Positions 8,719-18,491 of a DNA stretch of 64,000 bases are shown in pieces. Origin of the DNA: Planctomycetota bacterium (lineage in GTDB: Bacteria; Planctomycetota; GCA-002687715; CAIWVZ01); NCBI GenBank assembly GCA_044222185.1, contig JBGANV010000004.1, positions 224,001 to 288,000 on the forward strand, read 5' to 3'. The translations under genes were made by a program, and so were the position numbers. Within the stretch, counting starts at the first letter, position 1. Each line of letters starts with the position of its first letter. The notes under the pieces are model-generated. The model worked only from the letters and a program-made list of their open reading frames with translations, had not been told where the DNA came from and ran no database searches.

Positions 8719-9816
8719 TCATCCGGCCGCGAACGGCAACTCGCCCGCAGGGGCAGGCTCGGCCTCGCGCAGCGGCGCGCGTGAGTGGGAGGCGATCCAG
8801 CGATCGTCGCCCGCGGGCTCGACCCCGTCGACGCGCAGGAATTCGAGATCGACTTCCTGTTCCGTGATGACGGGGAAACCATAGGTGGCGTTCGTGTAGC
8901 CGATCTCTTTTCCCGCGGCGAGACGTTCGGCGACGAAGGCGGCGTGGTCGGCGAAGCGTCGTTGGGTTCGGTCGCGTCCCACGTCGGCGGCGGCACGGAG
9001 GGATCGGGCGATCGACGGAGCCAGGGCGACGTCGCGCTCGATGCCGATGCTCGACCGCCCCGAAGCGACGGCGGCCGCCAGCGTGGTGCCGACGCCGGCG
9101 AACGGATCGAGGACCGTGTCACCCGCCATCGACAGCATCTGAATGAGCCGATACGGCACCTCGAACGGGAACGCCGCGCTGCGCTCCCGCATCTCCGGAT
9201 CCCCGAGCGTCTGGCGTGTGCCGGTGAGGCTCGTCCACACGTCCGAGAACCAGGCGTTGCGCTCCTCCCAGAAGAACGCGCTGCGCCGCCGCGCGAGCTT
9301 CTCGGCCGGAGACGCGAAGACGCGCTTCGGGCCCTTGCGAAAGATCAGGATGTACTCGTGCTCGTACGTGACGTACGCGCCCGCAGGCAGCATCCCCGAG
9401 CCCATGAACTTGTTCGGTGCGTTCGTCGGCTTGCGCCAGAGGATGTCGGGCAGCGCGATGAAGCCCGCCGCCTGCATCGCCTGCGAGATCCGCGCATGGT
9501 TCGTGTAGAGCCGAAACTCACCCTCGATGGTGCGCGTGGCGTCGCCGACGTTGATGCACACGAATCCGCCGTCGGCGACGGCGCGGAACGCCGCGCGCCA
9601 CACGTCATCGAGGATCACGTGCATCCTCTCGAACGCCGCGCCACCATCTCCCGCGTCGAGCGCCTGGGCCACGCGCGGATCGAGAGCCGAGAAGATCCCG
9701 TCCCACATCTCGATCATGGGATACGGCGGCGACGTCACGAGGAGCTGCACCATCCCCGGCTCGGTGAACTCCAGCGCACGCGCGTCGCCGACGATCAGCC
9801 GATGGTGCGTCTTCAT
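8719..9816 (-). CDS. Orphan site-specific amino-DNA methyltransferase (beta class, probably m4C)
   Basis: LLVTSPPY catalytic motif precedes the SAM-binding VLDPFAGVGTT motif. Also ILWRKP and HEYILIFRK. Confidence 0.9.
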   Translation of the reverse strand: MKTHHRLIVGDARALEFTEPGMVQLLVTSPPYPMIEMWDGIFSALDPRVAQALDAGDGGAAFERMHVILDDVWRAAFRAVADGGFVCINVGDATRTIEGEFRLYTNHARISQAMQAAGFIALPDILWRKPTNAPNKFMGSGMLPAGAYVTYEHEYILIFRKGPKRVFASPAEKLARRRSAFFWEERNAWFSDVWTSLTGTRQTLGDPEMRERSAAFPFEVPYRLIQMLSMAGDTVLDPFAGVGTTLAAAVASGRSSIGIERDVALAPSIARSLRAAADVGRDRTQRRFADHAAFVAERLAAGKEIGYTNATYGFPVITEQEVDLEFLRVDGVEPAGDDRWIASHSRAPLREAEPAPAGELPFAAG

Positions 9817-9830
9817 GGGCGAGTCAGGCT

Positions 9831-11348
9831 TCACGGCAACACGGTGAACTCGAGCGCGTCCGTCAGCACCACGCCCGTGGGCGCCAACGGGTCCAGCGAT
9901 GCGAACTGAACCCAGGCTCGCGCGCACGCGAAGATCGGATCGGTGGGAACGGGGAACGTGATCTCTGCGCATCCGCTGGAGTCGGCGGGCACGGGGAGGA
10001 AGAACCCCGGATCCGGGTCGACCCACAGGTTGCCGGCCGGCGGCAGCGGGTAGGGGAGCGGCTGCCCGAGCCCGACCGAGAAGCTGCTGCTGGTTCCCAG
10101 GAGCAGGTAGGCCGTCGTGAACGGGTAGGTGTTCGCCGTCGCGAGCGTCACGGTCGCTCGATGCGATGGCGCGTAGCCGTTGGCGCTCACCTTCATCACG
10201 CTGTTGAACCCCACGCCGCCGACGCCGAAGAGATACGGATCGGGGCGCAGCTGCCCGCGAAGCTCGCCCTGCGGGAAGGCGGTCGTCGCGACGCTGACGT
10301 ACAACCGCGCGCGGTAGAGGTCGTTCACCTGCGACGGCGTGAGCGCGAGCGTTCCATTCCAACTCGTCGGCCCACCTGCGAGCGTGGCGACGAGCGCGCC
10401 GTTGCCCCCGTCCGGCCCGCGATTGACGGTCACGGCCGGCGGTGAGCCGGCGAACGCCGACGTTTCCACGTGGTAGACGAGCTGGGACGTCACGGGATCG
10501 AACTCGCCCCAGCCGCACCCCGTCGCCGACGTGGCCGCCGGGGGAACGACGTGGGTGCCAGACAACGGGATCGAGAAGGAAGCGTGCGCGGGCGTCACGG
10601 CCCCGCGGATCTCCCCGGCCGGAAACGCGGGCGATTCCACGCTGATGTAGGTGTTGGTCGCGAGCAACTGGACGACCTCAGCCGGGCTCAGGGCCTCGGA
10701 TACACCGCAGAAGTGGCCATCGGCCCCCGTCAGCTCGACGGCGACGGGGCCGTTCGAGCCAGGGGCTCCGATCCTGAGCCGAGCCGCCGAGGCCGGAGCG
10801 ACCCCGGTCGTGCGCACGTCGAAAACGAGCACGCCGTCCGGCTCGTTCAGGCGGATCGTCGCCCTCCCGGTGGCCGTGCTTGCGGTCGGTGGGACGACCT
10901 GGGCGCCAGTGAGCGTGGCTTCGTAGTAGGTCTTCTTGACGGGCTGGAGCTGGCCCCGCACCTCACCGGCGGGGAACGCCGGCGTGAACGCGATGACGTG
11001 GAGCCCCTCCTCGTGCGCCGCGAGCGCCTGCGCCGGGGTGAGCGCGCCGGTCGTTCCGTCGAAGACCACGGGCCCACCGGCCAGGGTGAACAGGGTCGGG
11101 CCGTTCGATCCCGCAGATCCCAGCCGGATCTCCGCGGACCCGGCGAAAGCTCCGATCAGCACGAAGTAGTAGGTGATCGTGTGGGACGGCTCGTTCAGGG
11201 TGAAAACGCCGACGCCACCCGCGGTCGACGCCGTCGGCGGGACGACGTTCTGACCGCTGACGACGGTTTCGAGCTGCCACTGACCGAGCGAGATCGTGGT
11301 GAGAAGCCCTATCGACACGAGGGCACGAGCAAGGACGCGTGGAACCAT
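9831..11348 (-). CDS. Secreted protein with three CHRD domains and a C-terminal putative sorting domain
   Basis: Signal peptide, three 'VVPP..S.A.G ... FP.GE(V/I/L)RG' repeats, and a Pro/Gly-rich C-terminal domain ending VLTDALEFTVLP. Confidence 0.85.
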   Translation of the reverse strand: MVPRVLARALVSIGLLTTISLGQWQLETVVSGQNVVPPTASTAGGVGVFTLNEPSHTITYYFVLIGAFAGSAEIRLGSAGSNGPTLFTLAGGPVVFDGTTGALTPAQALAAHEEGLHVIAFTPAFPAGEVRGQLQPVKKTYYEATLTGAQVVPPTASTATGRATIRLNEPDGVLVFDVRTTGVAPASAARLRIGAPGSNGPVAVELTGADGHFCGVSEALSPAEVVQLLATNTYISVESPAFPAGEIRGAVTPAHASFSIPLSGTHVVPPAATSATGCGWGEFDPVTSQLVYHVETSAFAGSPPAVTVNRGPDGGNGALVATLAGGPTSWNGTLALTPSQVNDLYRARLYVSVATTAFPQGELRGQLRPDPYLFGVGGVGFNSVMKVSANGYAPSHRATVTLATANTYPFTTAYLLLGTSSSFSVGLGQPLPYPLPPAGNLWVDPDPGFFLPVPADSSGCAEITFPVPTDPIFACARAWVQFASLDPLAPTGVVLTDALEFTVLP

Positions 11349-11779
11349 GGCGGCACTCCTGGGCCGGGGGAACGCGGCCGACGTGGGTGTGCACTGTACG
11401 CGGGATCGGCCTGCCCCTCCGCATCCCAAAGTCGATGCAACGCCGGCGGCACCGCCGGCATTTTTCAGAACTGAGCCCGCCGCGTGGCTCGACCGTGTGT
11501 GTTCCGCCGAGCGCCCGCTGTTGGTGCGCTTCCACGGTCGACCCGCCGGCGGGTTCGTTCTCCCTCGTCTCGTTCGCCACTCGCCGTTCCGCGTTCGCGG
11601 GTAGACTGCCGTTACCCGAAAAAAGCCCGGCACTGTCATTTCAGGAAGTGCCACGACGCTTTGTCGAACGGAAAGGGAACGGAACCCGGCGGCGCCAGAT
11701 CCCCATGGGCGGATCGGACGCGAGGCTCGGGGTATGGATCCAATCTCTTTCGCGTGCGGCCGGAGAAAGGCGCAATGAG

Positions 11780-12469
11780 ATGGATCGGGTGGCTCAGGAT
11801 GTAGCGAATTGGATTCGGGCCGTCGCCAAGCCGGCGAACGTGGTGATCGGACCGCCCACGGATGGTGGAAGCGAGCTGACGATCTCCCTGCACCTCCACG
11901 GCATGCGACATGATCTGTCGGCGGCGATGCCGCGCAGCTCAGCGACGAAGCATGCCGTGCCACTCAGCGTCGTGGTGCGGTTCCTCGTGTGCGTCTCGTC
12001 TCCGGATCCAGCGGCGGCCCTCGCGATGCTCAGCACCGTCGTCTTCGCGGCCCTCGAAAAGCCCGGATTCCGCCTGGATCTGGATCCACCGCCGCCCGAG
12101 TTCTGGTTGGCTCACGGGGTTCGGCCGCAGCCGTCGTTCATCATCGAGGCGCCGTGCGTGCACGAGCGCCCCGGTCGCCAGGCCAAGCCGGTGCGCGAGG
12201 TGGTGCTCAAGGGCACTCCGCTCCGCACGCTCGAGGGCGTCGTCGTCGACAAGCAGGACAAGCCGATCAGCGGCGTTACCGTCGACCTCCCCGCGCTCGA
12301 ACTGACCGTTCGCACCGACAACAAGGGCCGCTTCATCTTCGCGGCCGTACCCAGGGACCTCGGCACGAAGACCTTCCGCTTGCGCGCTCGCGGCAAGGAG
12401 ATCTCCGTGCGCGCGCCGAGCCCGACGGCGCCGATGCCTTTCACAATCCGCTTCCCAGATTTGGAGTGA
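11780..12469 (+). CDS. CIS cap/terminator protein (Pvc16/DUF4255-like N-terminus plus carboxypeptidase-regulatory-like Ig domain)
   Basis: 'ISLHLHGM...LSVVVRFLVCV...EFWLAHGVRPQPSFIIE' followed by 'GVVVDKQDKPISGVTV...TDNKGRFIF'. First gene before the sheath. Confidence 0.75.
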   Translation: MDRVAQDVANWIRAVAKPANVVIGPPTDGGSELTISLHLHGMRHDLSAAMPRSSATKHAVPLSVVVRFLVCVSSPDPAAALAMLSTVVFAALEKPGFRLDLDPPPPEFWLAHGVRPQPSFIIEAPCVHERPGRQAKPVREVVLKGTPLRTLEGVVVDKQDKPISGVTVDLPALELTVRTDNKGRFIFAAVPRDLGTKTFRLRARGKEISVRAPSPTAPMPFTIRFPDLE

Positions 12470-12473
12470 TGAC

Positions 12474-13673
12474 ATGCCGAACTACATGACACCCGGGGTC
12501 TACGTCGAGGAGATCTCGACGGGACCGCGACCGATCCAGGCCGTCGGCACGAGCACGGCCGGGTTCGTCGGAGTTGCGCCCAACGCGACGGCGCACGTGA
12601 ACGAGGCGTTCGCCGTCACGAACTGGTCGCAGTTCCTGCGGGAGTTCGTGGGCAAGGCCACCAAGTCCACTCCGCTCTCCCACGCGGTGTTCGGCTTCTT
12701 CAACAACGGCGGCCAGCGCTGCTACGTCGTCAACATCGGAGACGCGAAGACGATCGGCGGCGGGGCCTCGGGCAAGAAGGGCATCCAGGTTCTCGAATCG
12801 ATCGACGAGATCGCCATCGTCGCCGCGCCCGGGTACTCGGACGCCGCGTCCTACGACATGCTCATCTCGCATGCCGAAGGGCTGAAGGATCGGGTGGCCG
12901 TGCTCGACGCGCCGAAAGACGTGGCGAACATCGACCTCCTGAAGCAGGTCGCCGTGGCAACGCCCACGGGCGCTGGCGCAGCCGCTGCGTCCGCGGCCGC
13001 CACCGCAGGGCTTCGCCCGCGGCAATCCGACCAGGGTTTCGGTGCGTTCTACTTCCCGTGGATCTACGTGCGCGATCCGCTCTCGCCGGACGATCTCGTC
13101 GCCGTGCCTCCGAGCGGTCACCTCGCGGGCATCTACGCCCGAACGGACGCCACTCGCGGTGTGCACAAGGCGCCGGCCAATGAAGCCATTCGCGGCGCGT
13201 TGAACCTGACCTACCGCATCAGTCGCCAGGAGCAGGGCGAGCTGAACCAGCTCGGCGTCAACTGCCTGCGGTTCTTCCCGAAGGAAGGCATCCGGGTGTG
13301 GGGCGCGCGCACGCTCGCCGATGGGGCGGGCGAGTGGCGGTATCTGAACGTGCGCCGGCTGTTCAACATGATCGAGAACTCGATCATGAACAGCACGCGG
13401 TGGGTGGTGTTCGAACCGAACGATCGCACCCTGTGGAAGGCGATTCGCCGCGACATCACGGCGTTCCTCACGTTGCTCTGGCGCGATGGCGCGCTCATGG
13501 GCGCGACGCCGGAAGAAGCGTTCTTCGTCCAGTGCGACGAGGAGACGAACCCGCCCGAGAGCATAGACGAAGGACGCGTGGTCACCATGATCGGCGTGGC
13601 CCCCGTGAAGCCCGCCGAGTTCATCATCTTCCGCATCGGCCAGCACGCCGGCGGTGCACAGGTCGAAGTCTGA
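12474..13673 (+). CDS. Contractile tail sheath protein
   Basis: MPNYMTPGVYVEE, VPPSGHLAGIYARTD..RGVHKAPAN, VWGARTL, WRYLNVRRL, VFEPND, PVKPAEFIIFRI. Confidence 0.96.
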   Translation: MPNYMTPGVYVEEISTGPRPIQAVGTSTAGFVGVAPNATAHVNEAFAVTNWSQFLREFVGKATKSTPLSHAVFGFFNNGGQRCYVVNIGDAKTIGGGASGKKGIQVLESIDEIAIVAAPGYSDAASYDMLISHAEGLKDRVAVLDAPKDVANIDLLKQVAVATPTGAGAAAASAAATAGLRPRQSDQGFGAFYFPWIYVRDPLSPDDLVAVPPSGHLAGIYARTDATRGVHKAPANEAIRGALNLTYRISRQEQGELNQLGVNCLRFFPKEGIRVWGARTLADGAGEWRYLNVRRLFNMIENSIMNSTRWVVFEPNDRTLWKAIRRDITAFLTLLWRDGALMGATPEEAFFVQCDEETNPPESIDEGRVVTMIGVAPVKPAEFIIFRIGQHAGGAQVEV

Positions 13674-13690
13674 GATAGGGAGCTCCTACC

Positions 13691-14152
13691 ATGCCGCAAC
13701 CAGCCCCAGCCGGAGCCCAGCCGGGACAGTTCACCGATCCCTACCGGGCCTACAACTTCAAGGTCGAGATCCAGGGCGTGACGGAAGGTCACTTCACGCA
13801 GTGCCAGGGACTCGAGGTCGACGTGCAGGTCATCCAGTACCGCGAGGCCGGCACGAGTCAGATCGTCCATCAGATTCCGGGTCGTGTCGACTACGCGGGC
13901 ATAACGCTCAAGTACGGCGTGACGAACTCGAAGGACCTGTGGGACTGGCTCATGACGGCCGTGCGCGGAAAGGTCGAACGCCGCAACGTGTCGGTCGTCA
14001 TGCTCGGACCCGACGGCGTCGACCCGGTCCTGCGTTGGGATCTGATCAACGCATGGCCGTCCCGCTGGAAGGGCGTCGGCTTCGACGCCCTCTCGCAGGA
14101 GATGGCCATCGAATCGTTGACGCTGGTCTTCGAGTCGCTCGACCGAGGATGA
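13691..14152 (+). CDS. Tail tube protein (T4 gp19-like)
   Basis: DPYRAYNFKVEI..GHF..C.GL, YREAG, ITLKYGVT, W.L.NAWP.RW, AIESLTLVFE. Confidence 0.95.
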   Translation: MPQPAPAGAQPGQFTDPYRAYNFKVEIQGVTEGHFTQCQGLEVDVQVIQYREAGTSQIVHQIPGRVDYAGITLKYGVTNSKDLWDWLMTAVRGKVERRNVSVVMLGPDGVDPVLRWDLINAWPSRWKGVGFDALSQEMAIESLTLVFESLDRG

Positions 14153-14155
14153 TCC

Positions 14156-15442
14156 ATGCCGGGCCCGCGACTATCGACGAGGGTTCTCCTCGTTGCCGCC
14201 CGTTGGCTTCAACGCGCGGCGACGGCGCTGATGCGTCGGGCCGCGGCGCGCGAGGCCGGCGAGCAGTCGGAGTCGGCGGGCACGCCTGAGACTCCCGCTG
14301 CCGATGGCTCGGGCGAGGGACCGCCGGCCCATTGGCTTGCGAGGGTGGCGACGATGACGCCGATCGCCGCCGGCGGACACGTCGTCGCGCCCGAGGCGAC
14401 ACCTCTCACGGACACGCCGACGGAAGAACCGGTCGTGATTCGACCGCGGCACGACCCGTCGCCGGTGCAACGCGGCGCTCCGTCGCCAGCGACCACGCCC
14501 GCCCCGCAGGTCGAGACTCGCGCACCCAGTCGCGTCGCACCGCGCGTGGAAGGTCCCGCGCGCGAATCGACGGAAAGCCCGTTGGCGAAGCGACCGGTGC
14601 CGCCGGACGTCGCATCGGCGCCGCGCAATGCAATCGCCCCCGACCAGTCGGAGCGAAGCGCGCCGCACACCGCGGCCGCCACCGAAGGCGGAACGACGAG
14701 GGCTCGTCCGCCTCACATGACTCCCGCCCAGCGCGCTCGCCCGGCGCGAGAGGCACCCGCACCGAGCATTGAATCCCCGAGGCCGGCACCGGCGCGCCCG
14801 GCAGCTCATGCGCCCGAGGAATCCGTCGTCGACCCGTCGCGGATGAGCCGCCCCGTCGATCGCGAGCCCGCACGGCGTTCTCCCGTACACGTGACGGCGT
14901 CGCCATCGAGCGAACATCCGCCCGTGCCCGTGCGCAGGCAGCTCGGTGCCGGCGAGACGACCACGAAACCGGCACCGCCGGCGCGATCGACGGTCGACGT
15001 GACGGCGTCGCCAGCTCGGCGAGACCAGGAGTTCCAATCGCCGTGTTCCGAGCCCTCCGTCCGCAACTCACCGCGACGAATGGCGCCGGCCGGCGACCCA
15101 GCGGCACGGGCGACGACTTCGCGCACGCCGGTTTCGGATCCGCTCGTTCCGCCGACCCGCGCGCAGCGGCCTCGCCCCGAGCTCGCGATGCCCGGTGACG
15201 ACCATCGCGCGCGGCGATCACCCGACATGCCACCGCGCGCTCCGGCGGAGACGCTCCTCCCGGGTGCGCCCGTCTGGCCCTCGCACTTGCCGGCCGACGT
15301 CGAGATCTCGGACGACCGATGGCCAAGCCTGCTGGCGCCCTCTGCACCGCGTCCCGAGGTGCTGGCCGAGCGCGCGGAGCGGGAGCGAGCGCGCCAGCGC
15401 CGGCTTCTTGCCGAGCAGCGAGGTGAATCATGGAGCGCGTAG
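14156..15442 (+). CDS. Pro/Ala/Arg-rich low-complexity CIS-associated protein
   Basis: Fills the gap between tube and tube-initiator genes in the same direction. Ordered-looking ends (GPPAHWLARV; DDRWPSL...RQRRLLAEQRGESWSA) flank a disordered core. Confidence 0.6.
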   Translation: MPGPRLSTRVLLVAARWLQRAATALMRRAAAREAGEQSESAGTPETPAADGSGEGPPAHWLARVATMTPIAAGGHVVAPEATPLTDTPTEEPVVIRPRHDPSPVQRGAPSPATTPAPQVETRAPSRVAPRVEGPARESTESPLAKRPVPPDVASAPRNAIAPDQSERSAPHTAAATEGGTTRARPPHMTPAQRARPAREAPAPSIESPRPAPARPAAHAPEESVVDPSRMSRPVDREPARRSPVHVTASPSSEHPPVPVRRQLGAGETTTKPAPPARSTVDVTASPARRDQEFQSPCSEPSVRNSPRRMAPAGDPAARATTSRTPVSDPLVPPTRAQRPRPELAMPGDDHRARRSPDMPPRAPAETLLPGAPVWPSHLPADVEISDDRWPSLLAPSAPRPEVLAERAERERARQRRLLAEQRGESWSA

Positions 15443-16200
15443 CGTTCCTCATCGAGCCCGGCGCGACGCGGATCGGGTGTCTGCTGAACCCCGAGTCGCT
15501 CACGGTCCGCCGCCTCTCGGGAATCACCAAGCGCGAGACCGCGGGCGGGGCCATCGCGGGCCGTGGCCTGTCGGACGACGTCCTGCAGTTCACCGGCGGA
15601 GGCACGACGGAGATCGATCTCGCCCTTCTCTTCGACATCGGGCTCGCCGGGTCCACGATCGCATCGTGCGACGTTCGCGATCTCACGGCCCCTCTGTGGC
15701 AGCTGTCCGAAAACGCGTCGGAAGACGGCTCGTACGGCTGCCCGCCGACCGTGCGCTTCGTGTGGGGGAAGGGCTGGAACATCCCGGGTGTCATCGCTGC
15801 CGTCTCCGAGAGACTCGACGATTTCTCCGCCGACGGCATCCCGCGACGCTCGTGGCTTCGGCTGCGCCTCATCCGCGTCCCCGAGCCCGCGCCGCGAACG
15901 GCTGGCCTCGGCCAACCGCTGATCATTCCGCAGCTGCCGGACGTGCTCGAAGCGCAGCCGGCCGTGCCCGCCGACGATGCACCCGTCCACGAGGTTCTCG
16001 GTGGGACGGTCGAGTCCGAGGGCTCGGACGCGAACATCGTGCGGGGCGATCGCATCGACACGATCGCGTTCCGCTACTGCGGAGATCCGGCGGCGTGGCG
16101 GCTGATCGCCTACATGAACGACCTGGTCGATCCGCTGCGCATCGCTGCGGGCACGCTCCTCCGCTTGCCGCAGGCCCTCGCCGCGAGGGTGAAGTCGTGA
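15430..16200 (+). CDS. CIS tube initiator / LysM-like protein (Afp7-like)
   Basis: LLNPESLTVRR, LALLFD, PPTVRFVWGK, FSADGIPRRSWLRL, and C-terminal GDRIDTIAFRYCGDPAAWRLIA..N.L.DPL. Confidence 0.88.
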   Translation: MERVAFLIEPGATRIGCLLNPESLTVRRLSGITKRETAGGAIAGRGLSDDVLQFTGGGTTEIDLALLFDIGLAGSTIASCDVRDLTAPLWQLSENASEDGSYGCPPTVRFVWGKGWNIPGVIAAVSERLDDFSADGIPRRSWLRLRLIRVPEPAPRTAGLGQPLIIPQLPDVLEAQPAVPADDAPVHEVLGGTVESEGSDANIVRGDRIDTIAFRYCGDPAAWRLIAYMNDLVDPLRIAAGTLLRLPQALAARVKS

Positions 16201-17714
16201 CCGTCGCGCTGGAGCCCGTTCGCGCGGTCGTCGAGGTCGACGGTCGCGCGATCGGAGAGGCCGATGCGCGTGCGCTGACGCAGGTCACCGTGCACCAAAG
16301 CCTCAGCCTGCCCGCCGTGTGCGAGCTGGTCTTCGTCGATCCCACGGGAGACATGGCCCGTTTGGGTGTGCGCGCCGGTGCCACGCTGTCGGTTCGCACC
16401 GCGGACGTCGGCGCGGCGTTGTTCGTCGGCGAGGTCACCGGCGTGACCTTCTCGTTCGGCCCGACGGCGTCGCGGGAAGTGCGCGTTCGTGCTTACGACG
16501 CGCTGCACCGGATGCGGAAGTCGCAGCCCACGCGCGTCCACCTCGACGTGAACACCGCGGGGCTTGCGCGGGAGCTTGCGGGCTCCTCGGGGCTCACCGT
16601 CCAAGCAGACGACGTAGGCCCCACCTGGCCCCGCATCCTCCAATGGGAGATGTCGGACCTGGACCTGCTCACGGACGTCGCGGCCCACTCCGGTCTCCAC
16701 TTCGTCGCCGACGACGAGACGCTCACGCTCGTCACGGCCGAGGGTCGCGGTGAGGCCGTCGCACTCACGCTGGGCGAGGAGCTGATCGAGGCCACGCTCG
16801 ACGTGAATGGCGACCCGGCCTGCCGAACGGTTGGCGTCTTCGGGTGGAATTGCCTGCGGAACGAACCCCATCGCGCGTCTGCGTCGGAGGCGCCCGTGGG
16901 ACATTCCATCGACCTCGCGTTCCGCCCCGATCTGATCGACGTCGATGGCGAACGGCGACTGGCGAACGTCTTCGTCACGGACGACGATCAGGCGCAGGCG
17001 GCCGCGAAGGCCGAGCTGTCGGCTCGCATCGCGCGCGAGGTGACCGTCACAGGCGCGGCACGCGGTGACGCGAAGCTCAGACCAGCGGCCAAGGTAGATC
17101 TGCGGGGGCTGGGAGAGTTCCTCGACGGCACCCACGTCGTGACGGCCGCGACCCACAGGATCCGCGCCCAGACGGGCTACGTGACCGAGTTCTCGACGAT
17201 GCCGCCCGCACCCCGTTCACGGTGCGTCGAGCCGATCCTCACCGTGGGCGTGGTCGCAAGCGTCCTCGATCCGGAACGGCTCGGGCGCGTGCAGGTGAAC
17301 CTGCCTGCGCTCGGTGACCTCGCGTCCGATTGGATGCAGGTCGTTCTGCCGGCGGCGGGCGATCGCAAGGGCCTCATCGCCGTGCCCGACGTCGGCGATC
17401 ACGTGCTCGTGGCGTTCGCGCGCGACGTGCTGGCGCAGGGGTTCGTCCTCGGCGGGCTGTTCGGCACCCGGGATCTGCCCGATGGCGCGCCTCGTGGAGG
17501 TTCGGTGCCCGTGTTCGCGTTCATGACCCCCGGTGGTCAGCGCGTTCGACTGGACGACGACGAAAAAAGCCTGCGCTTCGAGATCGCCGCGGGAAGCTTC
17601 GTGGAACTGAAGCCTGCAGCCGTGACGCTTCACGCGGCGGCCGATCTCCTGATCGAGGCACCGGGGCACGGGATCGTCATCAGGGGTCGCAAAGTCGACT
17701 TCAAGCAGAGCTGA
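16197..17714 (+). CDS. VgrG-like spike/hub (gp27-gp5 OB-fold fusion; Afp8-like)
   Basis: GTG start. QSLSLPAVCEL, AYDALHRMRK, QWEMSDLDLL, and OB-fold DPERLGRVQV..P...SDW...PDVGDHVLV; TPGGQRVRLDD. Confidence 0.9.
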   Translation: MTVALEPVRAVVEVDGRAIGEADARALTQVTVHQSLSLPAVCELVFVDPTGDMARLGVRAGATLSVRTADVGAALFVGEVTGVTFSFGPTASREVRVRAYDALHRMRKSQPTRVHLDVNTAGLARELAGSSGLTVQADDVGPTWPRILQWEMSDLDLLTDVAAHSGLHFVADDETLTLVTAEGRGEAVALTLGEELIEATLDVNGDPACRTVGVFGWNCLRNEPHRASASEAPVGHSIDLAFRPDLIDVDGERRLANVFVTDDDQAQAAAKAELSARIAREVTVTGAARGDAKLRPAAKVDLRGLGEFLDGTHVVTAATHRIRAQTGYVTEFSTMPPAPRSRCVEPILTVGVVASVLDPERLGRVQVNLPALGDLASDWMQVVLPAAGDRKGLIAVPDVGDHVLVAFARDVLAQGFVLGGLFGTRDLPDGAPRGGSVPVFAFMTPGGQRVRLDDDEKSLRFEIAAGSFVELKPAAVTLHAAADLLIEAPGHGIVIRGRKVDFKQS

Positions 17715-17715
17715 C

Positions 17716-18063
17716 ATGCACTTTCTCACCGAGGATCTCGTGATCGTGTGCCAGCACCAGACGGGGCACGTGGACGTGCCGCCGTCGCAGGATTGGGTCA
17801 CGATCGAGTCGCGTCGGGTGATCATCGAGCCGGATCCGGAAGGGCGGCCCATCTCTGGGTGCCTGAACTTCAACCCGGCGGCCGGCATCCGCCCGTGCAA
17901 GACGACGCTGCCCGTGCGCGCCGGTTACTCCGAGTGGATCAAGATCGATGGACACCGCGTGTCCCTGGATTCGGTCGTCGGGTTCACGGATGGGACGCCG
18001 CCGCGCATCGTCGATTACATCGTTCGCGCACCGGGGCAGTGTCTCGTGTCGGAGATCCCGTGA
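17716..18063 (+). CDS. PAAR-like spike tip protein
   Basis: 115 aa directly after VgrG, with CQHQTG, ISGC and PCKTT putative metal ligands. Confidence 0.7.
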   Translation: MHFLTEDLVIVCQHQTGHVDVPPSQDWVTIESRRVIIEPDPEGRPISGCLNFNPAAGIRPCKTTLPVRAGYSEWIKIDGHRVSLDSVVGFTDGTPPRIVDYIVRAPGQCLVSEIP

Positions 18064-18491
18064 GCGCCCCGCGTTGGAGAGGCTGGAGGTTCGAGCAACC
18101 AGCGATCGACATGCCCGACGAGGCGGCCGGGCTCTCCACCTCGGCGTCCGGCGGCATCGAGACGGTCGACGGTCACGCGGCCGTCCGCCAATCGCTGCTC
18201 ATGCTGCTGTCGACCACGCCGGGCGAGCGCGTCATGCGCCCTGATTACGGGTGCGACCTGCGGCGACTCGTGTTTTCGCCCAACGACGACACGACCGCGG
18301 GACTCGCGATCCACTACGTTCGACAGGCGGTCGCGCGATTCGAGCCGCGCGTCAAGGTTCTGCGGATCGACGCCGTGCGCGTCGAGTCCGAACCCGGCCG
18401 CCTCGACCTCGTGCTCGAGTATTGCCTCCGCTCGACGCTCGAGCGCAACACGCTGACGTTCAACATCGGCCTGTCCGGAGATCAGACGTGA
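18060..18491 (+). CDS. Baseplate wedge GPW/gp25 protein
   Basis: AVRQSLLMLLSTTPGERVMRPDYGC, AVARFEPRV. Confidence 0.93.
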   Translation: MSAPRWRGWRFEQPAIDMPDEAAGLSTSASGGIETVDGHAAVRQSLLMLLSTTPGERVMRPDYGCDLRRLVFSPNDDTTAGLAIHYVRQAVARFEPRVKVLRIDAVRVESEPGRLDLVLEYCLRSTLERNTLTFNIGLSGDQT

